DNA of 33,793 bases from a bacterium (GTDB lineage Bacteria > SAR324 > NAC60-12): positions 1 to 33,793 of the forward strand of contig CBDDTI010000426.1 of the NCBI GenBank assembly GCA_965233585.1, read 5' to 3'. The notes below the pieces were generated by a model. It saw only the letters and a program-made list of their open reading frames with translations. It searched no databases and was not told the DNA's origin. Made by a program: the position numbers and the translations under genes. Positions 1 through 13,227 of the stretch are shown here, one piece after another. Position 1 is the first letter of the stretch. Every line of letters begins with the position of its first letter.

Positions 1-2
1 GG

Positions 3-392
3 ATAAGAGTGCCGGATGAAATAAGATTATTGCTAGGAATAAGTCAAGATGATGACATTGTTTTGGCGGATGAAAGTAATCAATTTATAAGTGACGAACG
101 TCTAGATCCGCACTATGTATATCCGGGAGTGATGATCTGCTATGCCAATGTCGTCAATCACTCGGTAATTGGAGACGAGTTTTACCCTGTATTAAAAGTT
201 ATACCAATTAATAGAGCCGAGGAACAAGACAATTATGTGACGACGCATTTTGAAAATTTGGAATACATAAAGTGTAATACAAGTCGACTGGATTTGTTGC
301 ATTTTCAGTTAAAAAGACTTGACAGAGAATTGATTAATTTTGAAACAAATGAAAAAATCATGATGAATTTAGCCATACAAAACCCTAAATAA
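3..392 (+). CDS. Minor capsid protein (penton), C-terminal part, copy A (5' end outside window)
   Basis: Near-identical to the C-terminus of the 14162-15754 protein (YAN.VNHSVIGDEFYPVLKVIPI...HFENLEYI). Confidence 0.88.
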   Translation: MRVPDEIRLLLGISQDDDIVLADESNQFISDERLDPHYVYPGVMICYANVVNHSVIGDEFYPVLKVIPINRAEEQDNYVTTHFENLEYIKCNTSRLDLLHFQLKRLDRELINFETNEKIMMNLAIQNPK

Positions 393-442
393 AAACATGA
401 TCTGTATTTGAGCACATAAAAATAAAATTTTGATGTGTATTT

Positions 443-712
443 TTAGTTAAAACGCGATTGAACATTATCATTTTCTGATTTGTCTGATTCCGACCAAGCG
501 GCGTAGAATGCTCCTACGGTTGAAAAGAGCAAGAAAAATACCAATGCCACTATAATAAATGGGGTTGAGGTTCTTGTATTATCTGACGACGATAGGAGTT
601 TATCCAAGGTGTTAATTACAATCTTGTTAATAGCGTTCGTTGTGATGTTGGGGGTGGCGGTAACATTTGACACGTCTGCTACTTGATAATTGTCTTCGCG
701 CGAGGGACTCAT
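443..712 (-). CDS. Small predicted single-pass membrane protein, copy A
   Basis: 89 aa with hydrophobic stretch FIIVALVFFLLFSTVGAFYAAW; counterpart of 13842-14111. Confidence 0.7.
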   Translation of the reverse strand: MSPSREDNYQVADVSNVTATPNITTNAINKIVINTLDKLLSSSDNTRTSTPFIIVALVFFLLFSTVGAFYAAWSESDKSENDNVQSRFN

Positions 713-726
713 TCTTGTATTTCAAA

Positions 727-1326
727 TTAAAGAGAACCGGCCGTGGAGTATTTGGAGCGGTCGTAATTTTGTGGGTTAACATACACCCCATCTTCTAACA
801 TACCCATAATTTCCCTCTTTAATTTTCTCACTTGTCTAGTCATTTGTCGAAATTTTTCAATCGATCTCTCCAATAACTTTTCTTCTTTGTGAGCATCTTC
901 ACGAGTCATATCAATAGGAAAACTCAACTTTAGTTTTTCGAGCTCGAAAATGAGGTAAGAGACGTTTGCCATCAAATTCTCTAAGATGCTTTTAACATGG
1001 TAGGACCTTTGGTGCGTCAACGGTGACCAATTAAAACAGTTTGGCACGGTGTAAGACAATGGATTTGAAGTTTCTATTTTTGGTTGATTTTCATCAGCAA
1101 TCCAGGCATCAGTCCGCTGAGTTTCAGGAAATGGTGGGATGATTGTTTTATAACCACTCGTGTCACTAATTTCCGTTTCATCGTTTGTAATGGGAGTCGA
1201 CGAAGAATTTGCTATTGTCATCTGATTATCGTTTTTCATCCAGGTATCAGTCATCTGCGTTTCTGGGAATGGAGGAATGATTGATTTATAACCAGTCATG
1301 TCTCTAATTCCTGTTTCGTCAGTCAT
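727..1326 (-). CDS. Hypothetical protein with two N-terminal repeats, copy A
   Basis: Counterpart of 13228-13845; 6 aa shorter because a GAA codon is TAA here. Confidence 0.7.
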   Translation of the reverse strand: MTDETGIRDMTGYKSIIPPFPETQMTDTWMKNDNQMTIANSSSTPITNDETEISDTSGYKTIIPPFPETQRTDAWIADENQPKIETSNPLSYTVPNCFNWSPLTHQRSYHVKSILENLMANVSYLIFELEKLKLSFPIDMTREDAHKEEKLLERSIEKFRQMTRQVRKLKREIMGMLEDGVYVNPQNYDRSKYSTAGSL

Positions 1327-1386
1327 GATGATGATGATTTTTCAAGCGATGGATTTGAACTGCAATAAAATGTGATGTTTAGGCTG

Positions 1387-1544
1387 CTTATATACCTTAT
1401 TACAAAGGAAATTTCTAGAAAACCCCAGAAAAAATTGCGGACAGTTTGAAAAATTTATTTTGAAAAAAATTAAAAATTATTTTACAAAATACCGCCAATC
1501 CTAATTGTTTCTAAATGATAGGAATTTTCTAGAAATGGGAAGAA
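1387..1544 (-). promoter_or_regulatory. HSE clusters plus TATA box, copy A
   Basis: GAAatTTCtaGAA at 1408-1420 and GAAttTTCtaGAA at 1522-1534; TATATAAG on the minus strand at 1387-1394. Confidence 0.6.
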
Positions 1545-2005
1545 TTTATAAAAGAACAAAAGAAAGATACATCTGCTTTGCGCAAAAATATTATCTAGAA
1601 AACACCAGAAAAAATTGCGGTCAGTTCAAAATTTATTTTTGGAAAAAATTAAAATTGCATGGTAAAAAAATACCAAGGAACCATACAACTTTTTCGAGAA
1701 ATCAAATGTATTATAAAACCTTTTTGTGCTAAAACAAAAACACAATTGATTAAATTATTGATAAAAATCGCATTAAATTATTGATAAAAATCGCTCGTTC
1801 ACTGGTAACATTACAGCAAGAAAATTTACACAGAATGAAGAAGAACATTTCTTCCACTTTCTTTTACACTCATTCAACAACGACAGTCACTCATTAAAAT
1901 GACAAATTATTTTTTTCTCCAATTTTTCTATTTTTAGTTGACATTGCAACACCAGTTATGGCAAAAAGAGAAAAAAGCTCTGCTTCTTTTCTCCAATTTA
2001 CTCAA

Positions 2006-2521
2006 CTATGGACCGCTGACATTCTGGTGCCTGGATCTAAAATTTCATGCCAGCATCAAAATTGAGATCCCGGCACCAGAAAAAGTAATACAGACATGAA
2101 AAATTTTGATGCAGGCGTGAAATTTTTAGTGCGTGCACCAACTTTTTCATGCCTGCATTAGACAGAGCAATGCAGGCACCAAACTTTTCATGCACGCACC
2201 AAACTTCTCATGCCAGCATTAGACAAAGCAATGCAGGCACCAAATTTTTCGTGCACGCGCCAAACTTTTCATGCCAGCATTAGACGGAGCAATGCAGGCA
2301 CCAAACTTTTCGTGCACGCACCAAATTTCTCATGCCAGCATTAGACACAGCAATGCAGGCACCAAACATTTGGTGCACGCACCAGAAATCAGTTTGCATT
2401 CAGATGCTTTTAGATTGAATCAGTTGACGTTTTGCTTGCAACGAGAACGCATTTAGATGAATTTAGAACGCATTTAGATTTTTTTAGATGAATTCGGGCC
2501 GAAAACATCTAATTTTTCTCT
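2006..2521. repeat. Terminal inverted repeat of copy A, with ~60-bp internal tandem units
   Basis: Matches 32230-32817 directly and 12023-12548 in reverse complement. Confidence 0.92.
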
Positions 2522-2546
2522 CCTGTCATCCGTTTTTACTACAACA

Positions 2547-5500
2547 TTCCATTTATGTAGTGACATCAAAATATAAGACGACAATTTGAGCGGGTCAAAT
2601 TTCCATTAATGTAGTGACATCGAGATATAAGGTGCAAATTATGGCGGGTCATTTTTCCATTTATGTAGTGACATCGAAATATAAGGCGCCAATTTGGGTG
2701 GGTCATTTTTCCATTTATGTGGTGACATGGAAATATAAGGCGCCAATTTGGGCGGGTCATTTTTCCATTTATGTAGTGACATCAAAATATAAGGTGCCAA
2801 TTTTGGCAGGTCATTTTTCCATTTATGTAGTGACATCTAAATTAAGGTGCCAATTTGGGCGGGTCATTTTTCCATTTATATAGTGACATCGAAATATAAG
2901 GCGCCAATATCGGCAGGCCATTTTTCTATTTATGTAGTGACATCAAAATATAAGGCGCCAATTAGGGCAGGTCATTTTTCCATTCATGTAGTGACATCGA
3001 AATATAAGGTGCCAATTTGGGCGGGTCATTTTTCCATTCATGTAGTGACATCGAAATATGAGACGCCAATTTGGGTGGGTCATTTTTCCATTCATGTAGT
3101 GACATCGAAATATAGGGCGCCAATATGGGCGGGTCATTTTTCTATTGATGTAGTGACATCGAAATATGAGGCGCTAATTTGGGCAGGTCATTTTTCCATT
3201 CATGTAATGACATGAAATATAAGGCGCCAATTTGGGCGGGTCATTTTTCCATTCATGTAGTGACATCAAAATATAAGGCACCAATTTGGGCGGGTCATTT
3301 TTCCATTTATGTAGTGACATCGAAATATAAGGCGCCAATTTGGGCGGGTCATTTTTCCATTGATGTACTGACATCGAAGTATAAGGCGCCAATTTGTTCG
3401 GGTAATTTTTCCATTGATATAGTGACATCGAAATATAAGGTGCCAATTTGAGCGGGTCATTTTTCAATTTATATAGCGACATCGAAATATAAGGCTCCAA
3501 TTTCGGCAGGTCATTTTTCCATTTATGTAGTGGCATCGAAATATCAGGCGCCAATTTGGGCGGGTCATTTATCCATTTATATAGTGACATTAAATATAAG
3601 GCGCCAATTTGGGCGGGTCATTTTTTTATTGATGTAGTGACATCGAAATATAAGGCGCCAATTTGGGCGGGTCATTTTTCCATTTATTTAGTGACATTGA
3701 AATATAAGACGCCAATATGGGCGGGTTATTTTTCCATTCATGTAGTGACATCTAATTTAAGGCGCCAATTTGGGCAGGTCATTTTTCCATTCATGTAATG
3801 ACATCCAATTATGAGGCGCCAATTTGGGGCGGTCATTTTTCCTTTCATGTAGTGACATTGAAATATGAGGCGCAAATTTTGGCGGGTCATTTTTCCATTG
3901 ATGTACTGACATCAAAATTTACGGCTCCAATTTTGGCGGGTATTTTTTCTATTTATGTAGTGACATCGAAATAAAAGGCGCCAATTTGGGCCGGTCATTT
4001 TTCCATTGATGTAGTGACATCGATATATAAGGCGCCAATTTTGGCAGGTCATTTTTCCATTAATGTAATGACATCGAAATATAAGGCCCCAATTTGGGCG
4101 GGTCATTTTTCCATTTATATAGAGACATCGAAATATAAGGCTCCAATTTCGGCAGGTCAGTTTTCCATTTATGTAGTGACATCGAAATATAAGGCTCCAA
4201 GTTGGGCGGGTCATTTTTCCATTTATGTAGTGACAACGAAATATAAGGCGCCAATTTGGGCGGGTCATTTTTCCATTTATGTAGTGACATCAAAATATAA
4301 GGCGCCAATTTGGGCGGGTCATTTTTCTATTGATGTAGTGACATCGAAATATAAGGCGCCAATTTGGGAGGGTCATTTTTCCATTTATTTAGTGACATCA
4401 AAATATAAGGCGCCAATATGGGCGGGTCATTTTTCCATTCATGTAGTGACATCTAAATATAAGGCGCCAATTTGGGCAGGTCATTTTTCCATTCATGTAG
4501 TGACATCCAATTATGAGGCGCCTATTTGGGCCGGTCATTTCTCCATTTATGTTGTGACAACGAAATATAAGGTGCCAATTTGTGCGGATCATTTTTCCAA
4601 TAATGTAGTGACATCGATATATGAGGTACCAATTTGGGTGTGTCATTTTTCCATTCATGTAGTGACATTGAAATATAAGGCGCCAATTTGTGCGGGTCAT
4701 TTTTTCATTCATGTAGTGACATTATAATAGAAGGCACCAATTTGGGCGGGTCATTTTTCCATTAATTTAGTGACATCGAAATATAAGGCACCAATTGGAG
4801 CGGGTCATTTTTCCATTTATGTAGTGACATAAAATATAAGGTGCAAATTTGGGCGGATCATTTTTCCATGAATGTACTGACATCGAAATATATGGCACCA
4901 ATTTGGGCGGGTCATTTTTCCATTTATATAGTGACATTGAAATGTAAGGCGGCATTCCAATCATTTTTCCGTTGATGAAGTGACCTCAAAATATAAGGCG
5001 CCAATTTCGCGGGTCATTTTTCCATTCATGTAGGGACATAGAAGTATAAGGCGCCAATTTGGGTGGGTTATTTTTCCATTCATGTAGTGACATGGAAATA
5101 TAAGGCGCCAATTTGGGCAGGTCATTTTTCCATTGATGTAGTGACATCAAAATATAAGACGCCAGTTTGGGCGGGTCATATTTCCATTAATGTAGTGACA
5201 TCGAGATATAAGGTGCCAATTTGGGCAGGTCATTTTTCCTTTTTTGTAGTGACATCGAATTATAAGGCGCCAATTTGGGTGGGTCATTTTTCCATTTATA
5301 TAGTGACATCGAAATATAAGGCTCCAATTTTGGCAGGTTATTTTTCCATTTATGTAGTGACATCGAAATATAAGCCTCCAAGTTGGGCGGGTTATTTTTC
5401 CATTCATGTAGTGACATCGAAATATAAGGCGCCAATATGGGCGGGTCATTTTTCCATTCATGTAGTGACATCTAAATATAAGGCGCCAATTTGGGCAGGT

Positions 5501-8500
5501 CATTTTTCCATTCATGTAGTGACATCCAATTATGAGGCGCCTATTTGGGCCGGTCATTTCTCCATTTATGTTGTGACAACGAAATATAAGGTGCCAATAT
5601 GGGCGGGTCATTTTTCCATTCATGTAGTGACATCTAAATATAAGGCGCCAATTTGGGCAGGTCATTTTTCCATTCATGTAGTGACATCCAATTATGAGGC
5701 GCCTATTTGGGCCGGTCATTTCTCCATTTATGTTGTGACAACGAAATATAAGGTGCCAATTTGTGCGGGTCATTTTTCCATTGATGTAGTGACATTGAAA
5801 TATATGGCGCTAATTTGGGCAGGTCATTTTTCCATTTATATAGTGACATCGAAATATAAGGCTCCAATTTTGGCAGGTTATTTTTCCATTTATGTAGTGA
5901 CATCAAAATATAAGGCGCCAATTTGGGCGGGTCATTTTTCTATTGAAGTAGTGACATCGAAATATAAGGCGCCAATTTGGGAGGGTCATTTTTCCATTTA
6001 TTTAGTGACATCAAAATATAAGGCGCCAATATGGGCGGGTCATTTTTCCATTCATGTAGTGACATCTAAATATAAGGCGCCAATTTGGGCAGGTCATTTT
6101 TCCATTCATGTAGTGACATCCAATTATGAGGCGCCTATTTGGGCCGGTCATTTCTCCATTGATGTTGTGACAACGAAATATAAGGTGCCAATTTGTGCGG
6201 GTCATTTTTCCATTGATGTAGTGACATTGAAATATATGCCGCTAATTTGGGCAGGTCATTTTTCCAATAATGTAGTGACATCGATATATGAGGTACCAAT
6301 TTGGGTGTGTCATTTTTCCATTCATGTAGTGACATTGAAATATAAGGCGCCAATTTGTGCGGGTCATTTTTTCATTCATGTAGTGACATTATAATAGAAG
6401 GCACCAATTTGGGCGGGTCATTTTTCCATTAATTTAGTGACATCGAAATATAAGGCACCAATTGGAGCGGGTCATTTTTCCATTTATGTAGTGACATAAA
6501 ATATAAGGTGCAAATTTGGGCGGATCATTTTTCCATGAATGTACTGACATCGAAATATATGGCACCAATTTGGGCGGGTCATTTTTCCATTTATATAGTG
6601 ACATTGAAATGTAAGGCGGCATTCCAATCATTTTTCCGTTGATGAAGTGACCTCAAAATATAAGGCGCCAATTTCGCGGGTCATTTTTCCATTCATGTAG
6701 GGACATAGAAGTATAAGGCGCCAATTTGGGTGGGTTATTTTTCCATTCATGTAGTGACATGGAAATATAAGGCGCCAATTTGGGCAAGTCATTTTTCCAT
6801 TCGTGTAGTGACATCAAAATATAAGGCGCGAATTTGGGAGGGTCATTTATCCATTCATGTAGTGATATCGAAATATAAGGTGCCAATTTGGGCGGGTCAT
6901 TTTTCCATTTATGTAGTGACATCGAAATATATGACGCCAATTTGGGCGGGTCATATTTCTATTAATGTATTGACATCGAGATATAAGGTGCCAATTAGGG
7001 CGGGTCATTTTTCCATTTATGTAGTGACATCGAAATATAAGGCGCCAATTTGGGTGGGTCATTTTTCCATTAATGGAGTGACATCGAAATATAAGGCGCC
7101 AATTTGGGCGGGTCATTTTTCCATTCATGTAGTGACATCGAATTATAAGGTGCCAATTTTGGCGGGTCATTTTTCCATTTATGTAGTGACATCTAAGTAT
7201 AAGGTGCCAATTTGGGCAGGTCATTTTTCCATTTACATAGTAACATCGAAATATAAGGCGCCAATTTCGGCGGGTCATTTTTCTATTTATGTAGTGACAT
7301 CAAAATATAAGGCGCAAATTTGGGCGGATCATTTTTCCATGAATGTACTGACATTGAAATATATGGCGCCAATTTGGGCGGGTCATTTTTCCATTCATGT
7401 AGTGACATCGAAATATAAGGGGCCAATTTAGGCGGGTCATTTTTCCATTCATATAGTGACATGGAAATATAAGGCGCCAATTTGGGCGGGTCATTTTTCC
7501 ATTCGTGTAGTGACATCGAAATATAAGGCGCGAATTTGGGAGGGTCATTTTTCCATTCATGTAGTGATATCGAAATATAAGGTGCCAATTTGGGCGGGTC
7601 ATTTTTCTATGGATGTAGTGACATTTAAATACAAGGCGCAAATTTGGGTGGGTCATTTATCCATTTATGTAGTGACATCGAAATATAAGGCACCAATTGG
7701 AGCGGGTAATTTTTCCATTTATGTAGTGACATCAAAATTTAAGGCGCAAATTTTGGCGGATCATTTTTCCATGAATGTACTGACATTAAAATATAAGGCG
7801 CTAATTTGGGCGGGTCATTTTTCCAATTATATAGTGACATCGAAATATAAGGCGCCAATTTCGGCGGGTCATTTTTCTATTTATGTAGTGACATCAAAAT
7901 ATTAGGCACCAATTAGGGCGGGTCATTTTTCCATTCATGTAGGGACATCGAAGTATAAGGCGCCAATTTGGGCGGGTTATTTTTCCATTCATGTAGTGAC
8001 ATGGAAATATAAGGCGCCAATTTGGGCGGGTCATTTTTCCATTCCTGTAGTGACATCGAAATATAAGGCGCGAATTTGGGAGGGTCATTTTTCCATTCAT
8101 GTAGTGATATCGAAATATAAGGTGCCAATTTGGGCAGGTCATTTTTCCATTCATGTAATGACATCAAAATATAAGGCGCCAATTTGGGCGGGTCATTTTT
8201 CCATTCATGTAGTGACATCAAAATATAAGGCACCAATTTGGGCGGGTCATTTTTCCATTTATGTAGTGACATCGAAATATAAGGCGCCAATTTGGGCGGG
8301 TCATTTTTCCATTGATGTACTGACATCGAAGTATAAGGCGCCAATTTGTTCGGGTAATTTTTCCATTGATATAGTGACATCGAAATATAAGGTGCCAATT
8401 TGAGCGGGTCATTTTTCAATTTATATAGCGACATCGAAATATAAGGCTCCAATTTTGGCAGGTCATTTTTCCATTTATGTAGTGGCATCGAAATATCAGG

Positions 8501-11500
8501 CGCCAATTTGGGCGGGTCATTTATCCATTTATATAGTGACATTAAATATAAGGCGCCAATTTGGGCGGGTCATTTTTTTATTGATGTAGTGACATCGAAA
8601 TATAAGGCGCCAATTTGGGCGGGTCATTTTTCCATTTATTTAGTGACATTGAAATATAAGACGCCAATATGGGCGGGTTATTTTTCCATTCATGTAGTGA
8701 CATCTAAATTTAAGGCGCCAATTTGGGCAGGTCATTTTTCCATTCATGTAATGACATCCAATTATGAGGCGCCAATTTGGGGCGGTCATTTTTCCTTTCA
8801 TGTAGTGACATTGAAATATGAGGCGCAAATTTTGGCGGGTCATTTTTCCATTGATGTACTGACATCAAAATTTACGGCTCCAATTTTTGCGGGTATTTTT
8901 TCCATTGATGTAGTGACATCGATATATAAGGCGCCAATTTTGGCAGGTCATTTTTCCATTAATGTAATGACATCGAAATATAAGGCCCCAATTTGGGCGG
9001 GTCATTTTTCCATTTATATAGTGACATCGAAATATAAGGCTCCAATTTCGGCAGGTCAGTTTTCCATTTATGTAGTGACATCGAAATATAAGGCTCCAAG
9101 TTGGGCGGGTCATTTTTCCATTTATGTAGTGACAACGAAATATAAGGCGCCAATTTGGGCGGGTCATTTTTCCATTTATGTAGTGACATCAAAATATAAG
9201 GCGCCAATTTTGGCGGGTCATTTTTCTATTGATGTAGTGACATCGAAATATAAGGCGCCAATTTGGGAGGGTCATTTTTCCATTTATTTAGTGACATCAA
9301 AATATAAGGCGCCAATATGGGCGGGTCATTTTTCCATTCATGTAGTGACATCTAAATTTAAGGCGCCAATTTGGGCAGGTCATTTTTCCATTCATGTAGT
9401 GACATCCAATTATGAGGCGCCTATTTGGGCCGGTCATTTCTCCATTTATGTTGTGACAACGAAATATAAGGTGCCAATTTGTGCGGGTCATTTTTCCATT
9501 GATGTAGTGACATTGAAATATATGGCGCTAATTTGGGCAGGTCATTTTTCCAATAATGTAGTGACATCGATATATGAGGTACCAATTTGGGTGTGTCATT
9601 TTTCCATTCATGTAGTGACATTGAAATATAAGGCGCCAATTTGTGCGGGTCATTTTTTCATTCATGTAGTGACATTATAATAGAAGGCACCAATTTGGGC
9701 GGGTCATTTTTCCATTAATTTAGTGACATCGAAATATAAGGCACCAATTGGAGCGGGTCATTTTTCCATTTATGTAGTGACATAAAATATAAGGTGCAAA
9801 TTTGGGCGGATCATTTTTCCATGAATGTACTGACGTCGAAATATATGGCACCAATTTGGGCGGGTGATTTTTCCATTTATATAGTGACATTGAAATGTAA
9901 GGCGCCAATTTGGGCGGGTCATTTTTCCATTTATGTAGTGACATAAAATATAAGGTGCAAATTTGGGCGGATCATTTTTCCATGAATGTACTGACATCGA
10001 AATATATGGCGCCAATTTGGGTGGGTCATTTTTCCATTAATGGAGTGACATCGAAATATAAGGCGCCAATTTGGGCGGGTCATTTTTCCATTTATGTAGT
10101 GACATCGAAATATAAGGTGCCAATTTTGGCGGGTCATTTTTCCATTTATGTAGTGACATCTAAGTATAAGGTGCCAATTTGGGCAGGTCATTTTTCCATT
10201 TACATAGTAACATCGAAATATAAGGCGCCAATTTCGGCGGGTCATTTTTCTATTTATGTAGTGACATCAAAATATAAGGCGCAAATTTGGGCGGATCATT
10301 TTTCCATGAATGTACTGACATTGAAATATATGGTGCCAATTTGGGCGGGTCATTTTTCCATTCATGTAGTGACATCGAAATATAAGGCGCCAATTTAGGC
10401 GGGTCATTTTTCCATTCATATAGTGACATGGAAATATAAGGCGCCAATTTGGGCGGGTCATTTTTCCATTCCTGTAGTGACATCGAAATATAAGGCGCGA
10501 ATTTGGGAGGGTCATTTTTCCATTCATGTAGTGATATCGAAATATAAGGTGCCAATTTGGGCGGGTCATTTTTCTATGGATGTAGTGACATTTAAATACA
10601 AGGCGCAAATTTGGGTGGGTCATTTATCCATTTATGTAGTGACATCGAAATATAAGGCACCAATTGGAGCGGGTAATTTTTCCATTTATGTAGTGACATC
10701 AAAATTTAAGGCGCAAATTTTGGCGGATCATTTTTCCATGAATGTACTGACATTAAAATATAAGGTGCTAATTTGGGCGGGTCATTTTTCCAATTATATA
10801 GTGACATCGAAATATAAGGCGCCAATTTCGGCGGGTCATTTTTCTATTTATGTAGTGACATCAAAATATTAGGCACCAATTAGGGCGGGTCATTTTTCCA
10901 TTCATGTAGGGACATCGAAGTATAAGGCGCCAATTTGGGCGGGTTATTTTTCCATTCATGTAGTGACATGGAAATATAAGGCGCCAATTTGGGCGGGTCA
11001 TTTTTCCATTCCTGTAGTGACATCGAAATATAAGGCGCGAATTTGGGAGGGTCATTTTTCCATTCATGTAGTGATATCGAAATATAAGGTGCCAATTTGG
11101 GCAGGTCATTTTTCCATTTATGTGTGACATCGAAATGTAAGGCGCCAATTTGGGCGGGTCATTTTTCCATTCATGTAGTGACATCATAATGTAAGGCGCC
11201 AATTTGGGCGGGTCATTTATCCATTTATGTAGTGACATGGAAATATAAGGCGCCAATTTGGGCAGGTCATTTTTCCATTGATGTAGTGACATCAAAATAT
11301 AAGACGCCAATTTGGGCGGGTCATATTTCCATTAATGTAGTGACATCGAGATATAAGGTGCCAATTTGGGCGGGTCATTTTTCCTTTTTTGTAGTGACAT
11401 CGAATTATAAGGCGCCAATTTGGGTGGGTCATTTTTCCATTTATATAGTGACATCGAAATATAAGGCTCCAATTTTGGCAGGTTATTTTTCCATTTATGT

Positions 11501-12000
11501 AGTGACATCGAAATATAAGCCTCCAAGTTGGGCGGGTTATTTTTCCATTCATGTAGTGACATCGAAATATTAGGCGCCAATTTGGGCGGGTCATTTTCCT
11601 ATTTATGTAATGACATCAAAATATAAGGCACCAATTTCGGCGGGTCATTTTTCCATTTATGTACTGACATCGAAATATAAGGTGCCAATTTGGGCGGGTT
11701 ATTTTCCCATTTTTGTAGTGAAATCGAAATATGAGGCGCCAATTTGGGCGGGTCATTTTTCCATTGACGTAGTGACATCAAAATATAAGGCGCCAATTTG
11801 GGCGGGTCATTTTTCTATTGATGTAGTGACATCGAAATATAAGGCGCCAATTTGGGCAGGTCATTTTTCCATTTATTTAGTGACATCGAAATATAAGGCG
11901 CCAATATGGGCTGGTCATTTTTCCATTCATGTAGTGACATCTAAATATAAGGCGCCAATTTGTGCAGGTCATTTTTCCATTCATGTAGTGACATCCAATT
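2547..12000. repeat. 54-bp tandem satellite array, ~175 units, with higher-order block duplications
   Basis: Consensus CCATTTATGTAGTGACATCGAAATATAAGGCGCCAATTTGGGCGGGTCATTTTT repeated head-to-tail in a single orientation; copy number is length divided by 54. Confidence 0.98.
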
Positions 12001-12022
12001 TGTAGTAAAAACGGATGACAGG

Positions 12023-12548
12023 AGAGAAAAATTAGATGTTTTCGGCCCGAATTCATCTAAAAAAATCTAAATGCGTTCTAAATTCATCTAAAATGATCTA
12101 AATGCGTTCTCGTTGCAAGCAAAACGTCAACTGATTCAATCTAAAAGCATCTGAATGCACACTGATTTCTGGTGCGTGCACCAAAAGTTTGGTGCCTGCA
12201 TTGCTGTGTCTAATGCTGGCATGAGAAATTTGGTGCGTGCACGAAAAGTTTGGTGCCTGCATTGCTCCGTCTAATGCTGGCATGAAAAGTTTGGCGCGTG
12301 CACGAAAAATTTGGTGCCTGCATTGCTTTGTCTAATGCTGGCATGAGAAGTTTGGTGCGTGCATGAAAAGTTTGGTGCCTGCATTGCTCTGTCTAATGCA
12401 GGCATGAAAAAGTTGGTGCACGCACTAAAAATTTCACGCCTGCATCAAAATTTTTCATGTCTGCATTACTTTTTCTGGTGCCGGGATCTCAATTTTGACG
12501 CTGGCGTGAAATTTTAGATCCAGGCACCAGAATGTCAGCGGTCCATAG
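12023..12548. repeat. Left TIR of copy B
   Basis: AGAGAAAAATTAGATG...GTCCATAG is the reverse complement of 32230-32817; contains ~4 units of a ~60-bp repeat. Confidence 0.93.
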
Positions 12549-13009
12549 TTGAGTAAATTGGAGAAAAGAAGCAGAGCTTTTTTCTCTTTTTGCCATAACT
12601 GGTGTTGCAATGTCGCCTAAAAATAGAAAAATTGGAGAAAAAAATAATTTGTCATTTTAATGAGTGACTGTCGTTGTTGAATGAGTGTAAAAGAAAGTGG
12701 AAGAAATGTTCTTCTTCATTCTGTGTAAATTTTCTTGCTGTAATGTTACCAGTGAACGAGCGATTTTTATCAATAATTTAATGCGATTTTTATCAATAAT
12801 TTAATCAATTGTGTTTTTGTTTTTAGCACAAAAAGGTTTTATATACATTTGATTTCTCGAAAAAGTTGTATGGTTCCTTGGTATTTTTTTACCATGCAAT
12901 TTTAATTTTTTCCAAAAATAAATTTTGAACTGACCGCAATTTTTTCTGGTGTTTTCTAGATAATATTTTTGCGCAAAGCAGATGTTTCTTTCTTTTGTTC
13001 TTTTATAAA

Positions 13010-13167
13010 TTCTTCCCATTTCTAGAAAATTCCTATCATTTAGAAACAATTAGGATTGGCGGTATTTTGTAAAATAATTTTTAATTTTTTTCAAAATAAA
13101 TTTTTCAAACTGTCCGCAATTTTTTCTGGGGTTTTCTAGAAATTTCCTTTGTAATAAGGTATATAAG
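13010..13167 (+). promoter_or_regulatory. Candidate heat-shock promoter: two HSE clusters and a TATA box
   Basis: TTCtaGAAaaTTC at 13020-13032 and TTCtaGAAatTTC at 13134-13146, each with a further in-phase TTC 10 bp upstream; TATATAAG at 13160-13167; ATG at 13228. Confidence 0.62.
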
Positions 13168-13227
13168 CAGCCTAAACATCACATTTTATTGCATTTCAAA
13201 TCCATCGCTTGAAAAATCAACATCATC

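Larger units (their letters stand above)
1..2544 (-). mobile_element. Polinton/Maverick copy A, left end only (runs off the window), inverted relative to copy B
   Basis: 1-2544 is the reverse complement of 12000-14553 with scattered substitutions and small indels; it has the same TIR, promoter and three genes. Confidence 0.95.

Noticed and set aside
2547..12000. CRISPR-like array
   Set aside because: Units are contiguous with no unique spacers, and there are no cas genes.
2566..12005. Many ORFs of 18-aa repeats (KYKAPIWAGHFSI...) up to 443 aa
   Set aside because: They follow from a 54-bp unit that is stop-poor in several frames; they occur on both strands and are broken at random by indels and stops.
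12098..13049. Short ORFs in TIR and promoter regions (also 1505-1732, 2271-2456, 32357-32742)
   Set aside because: Repeat-derived or low-complexity with no recognisable motifs; recurrence simply reflects the repeats.
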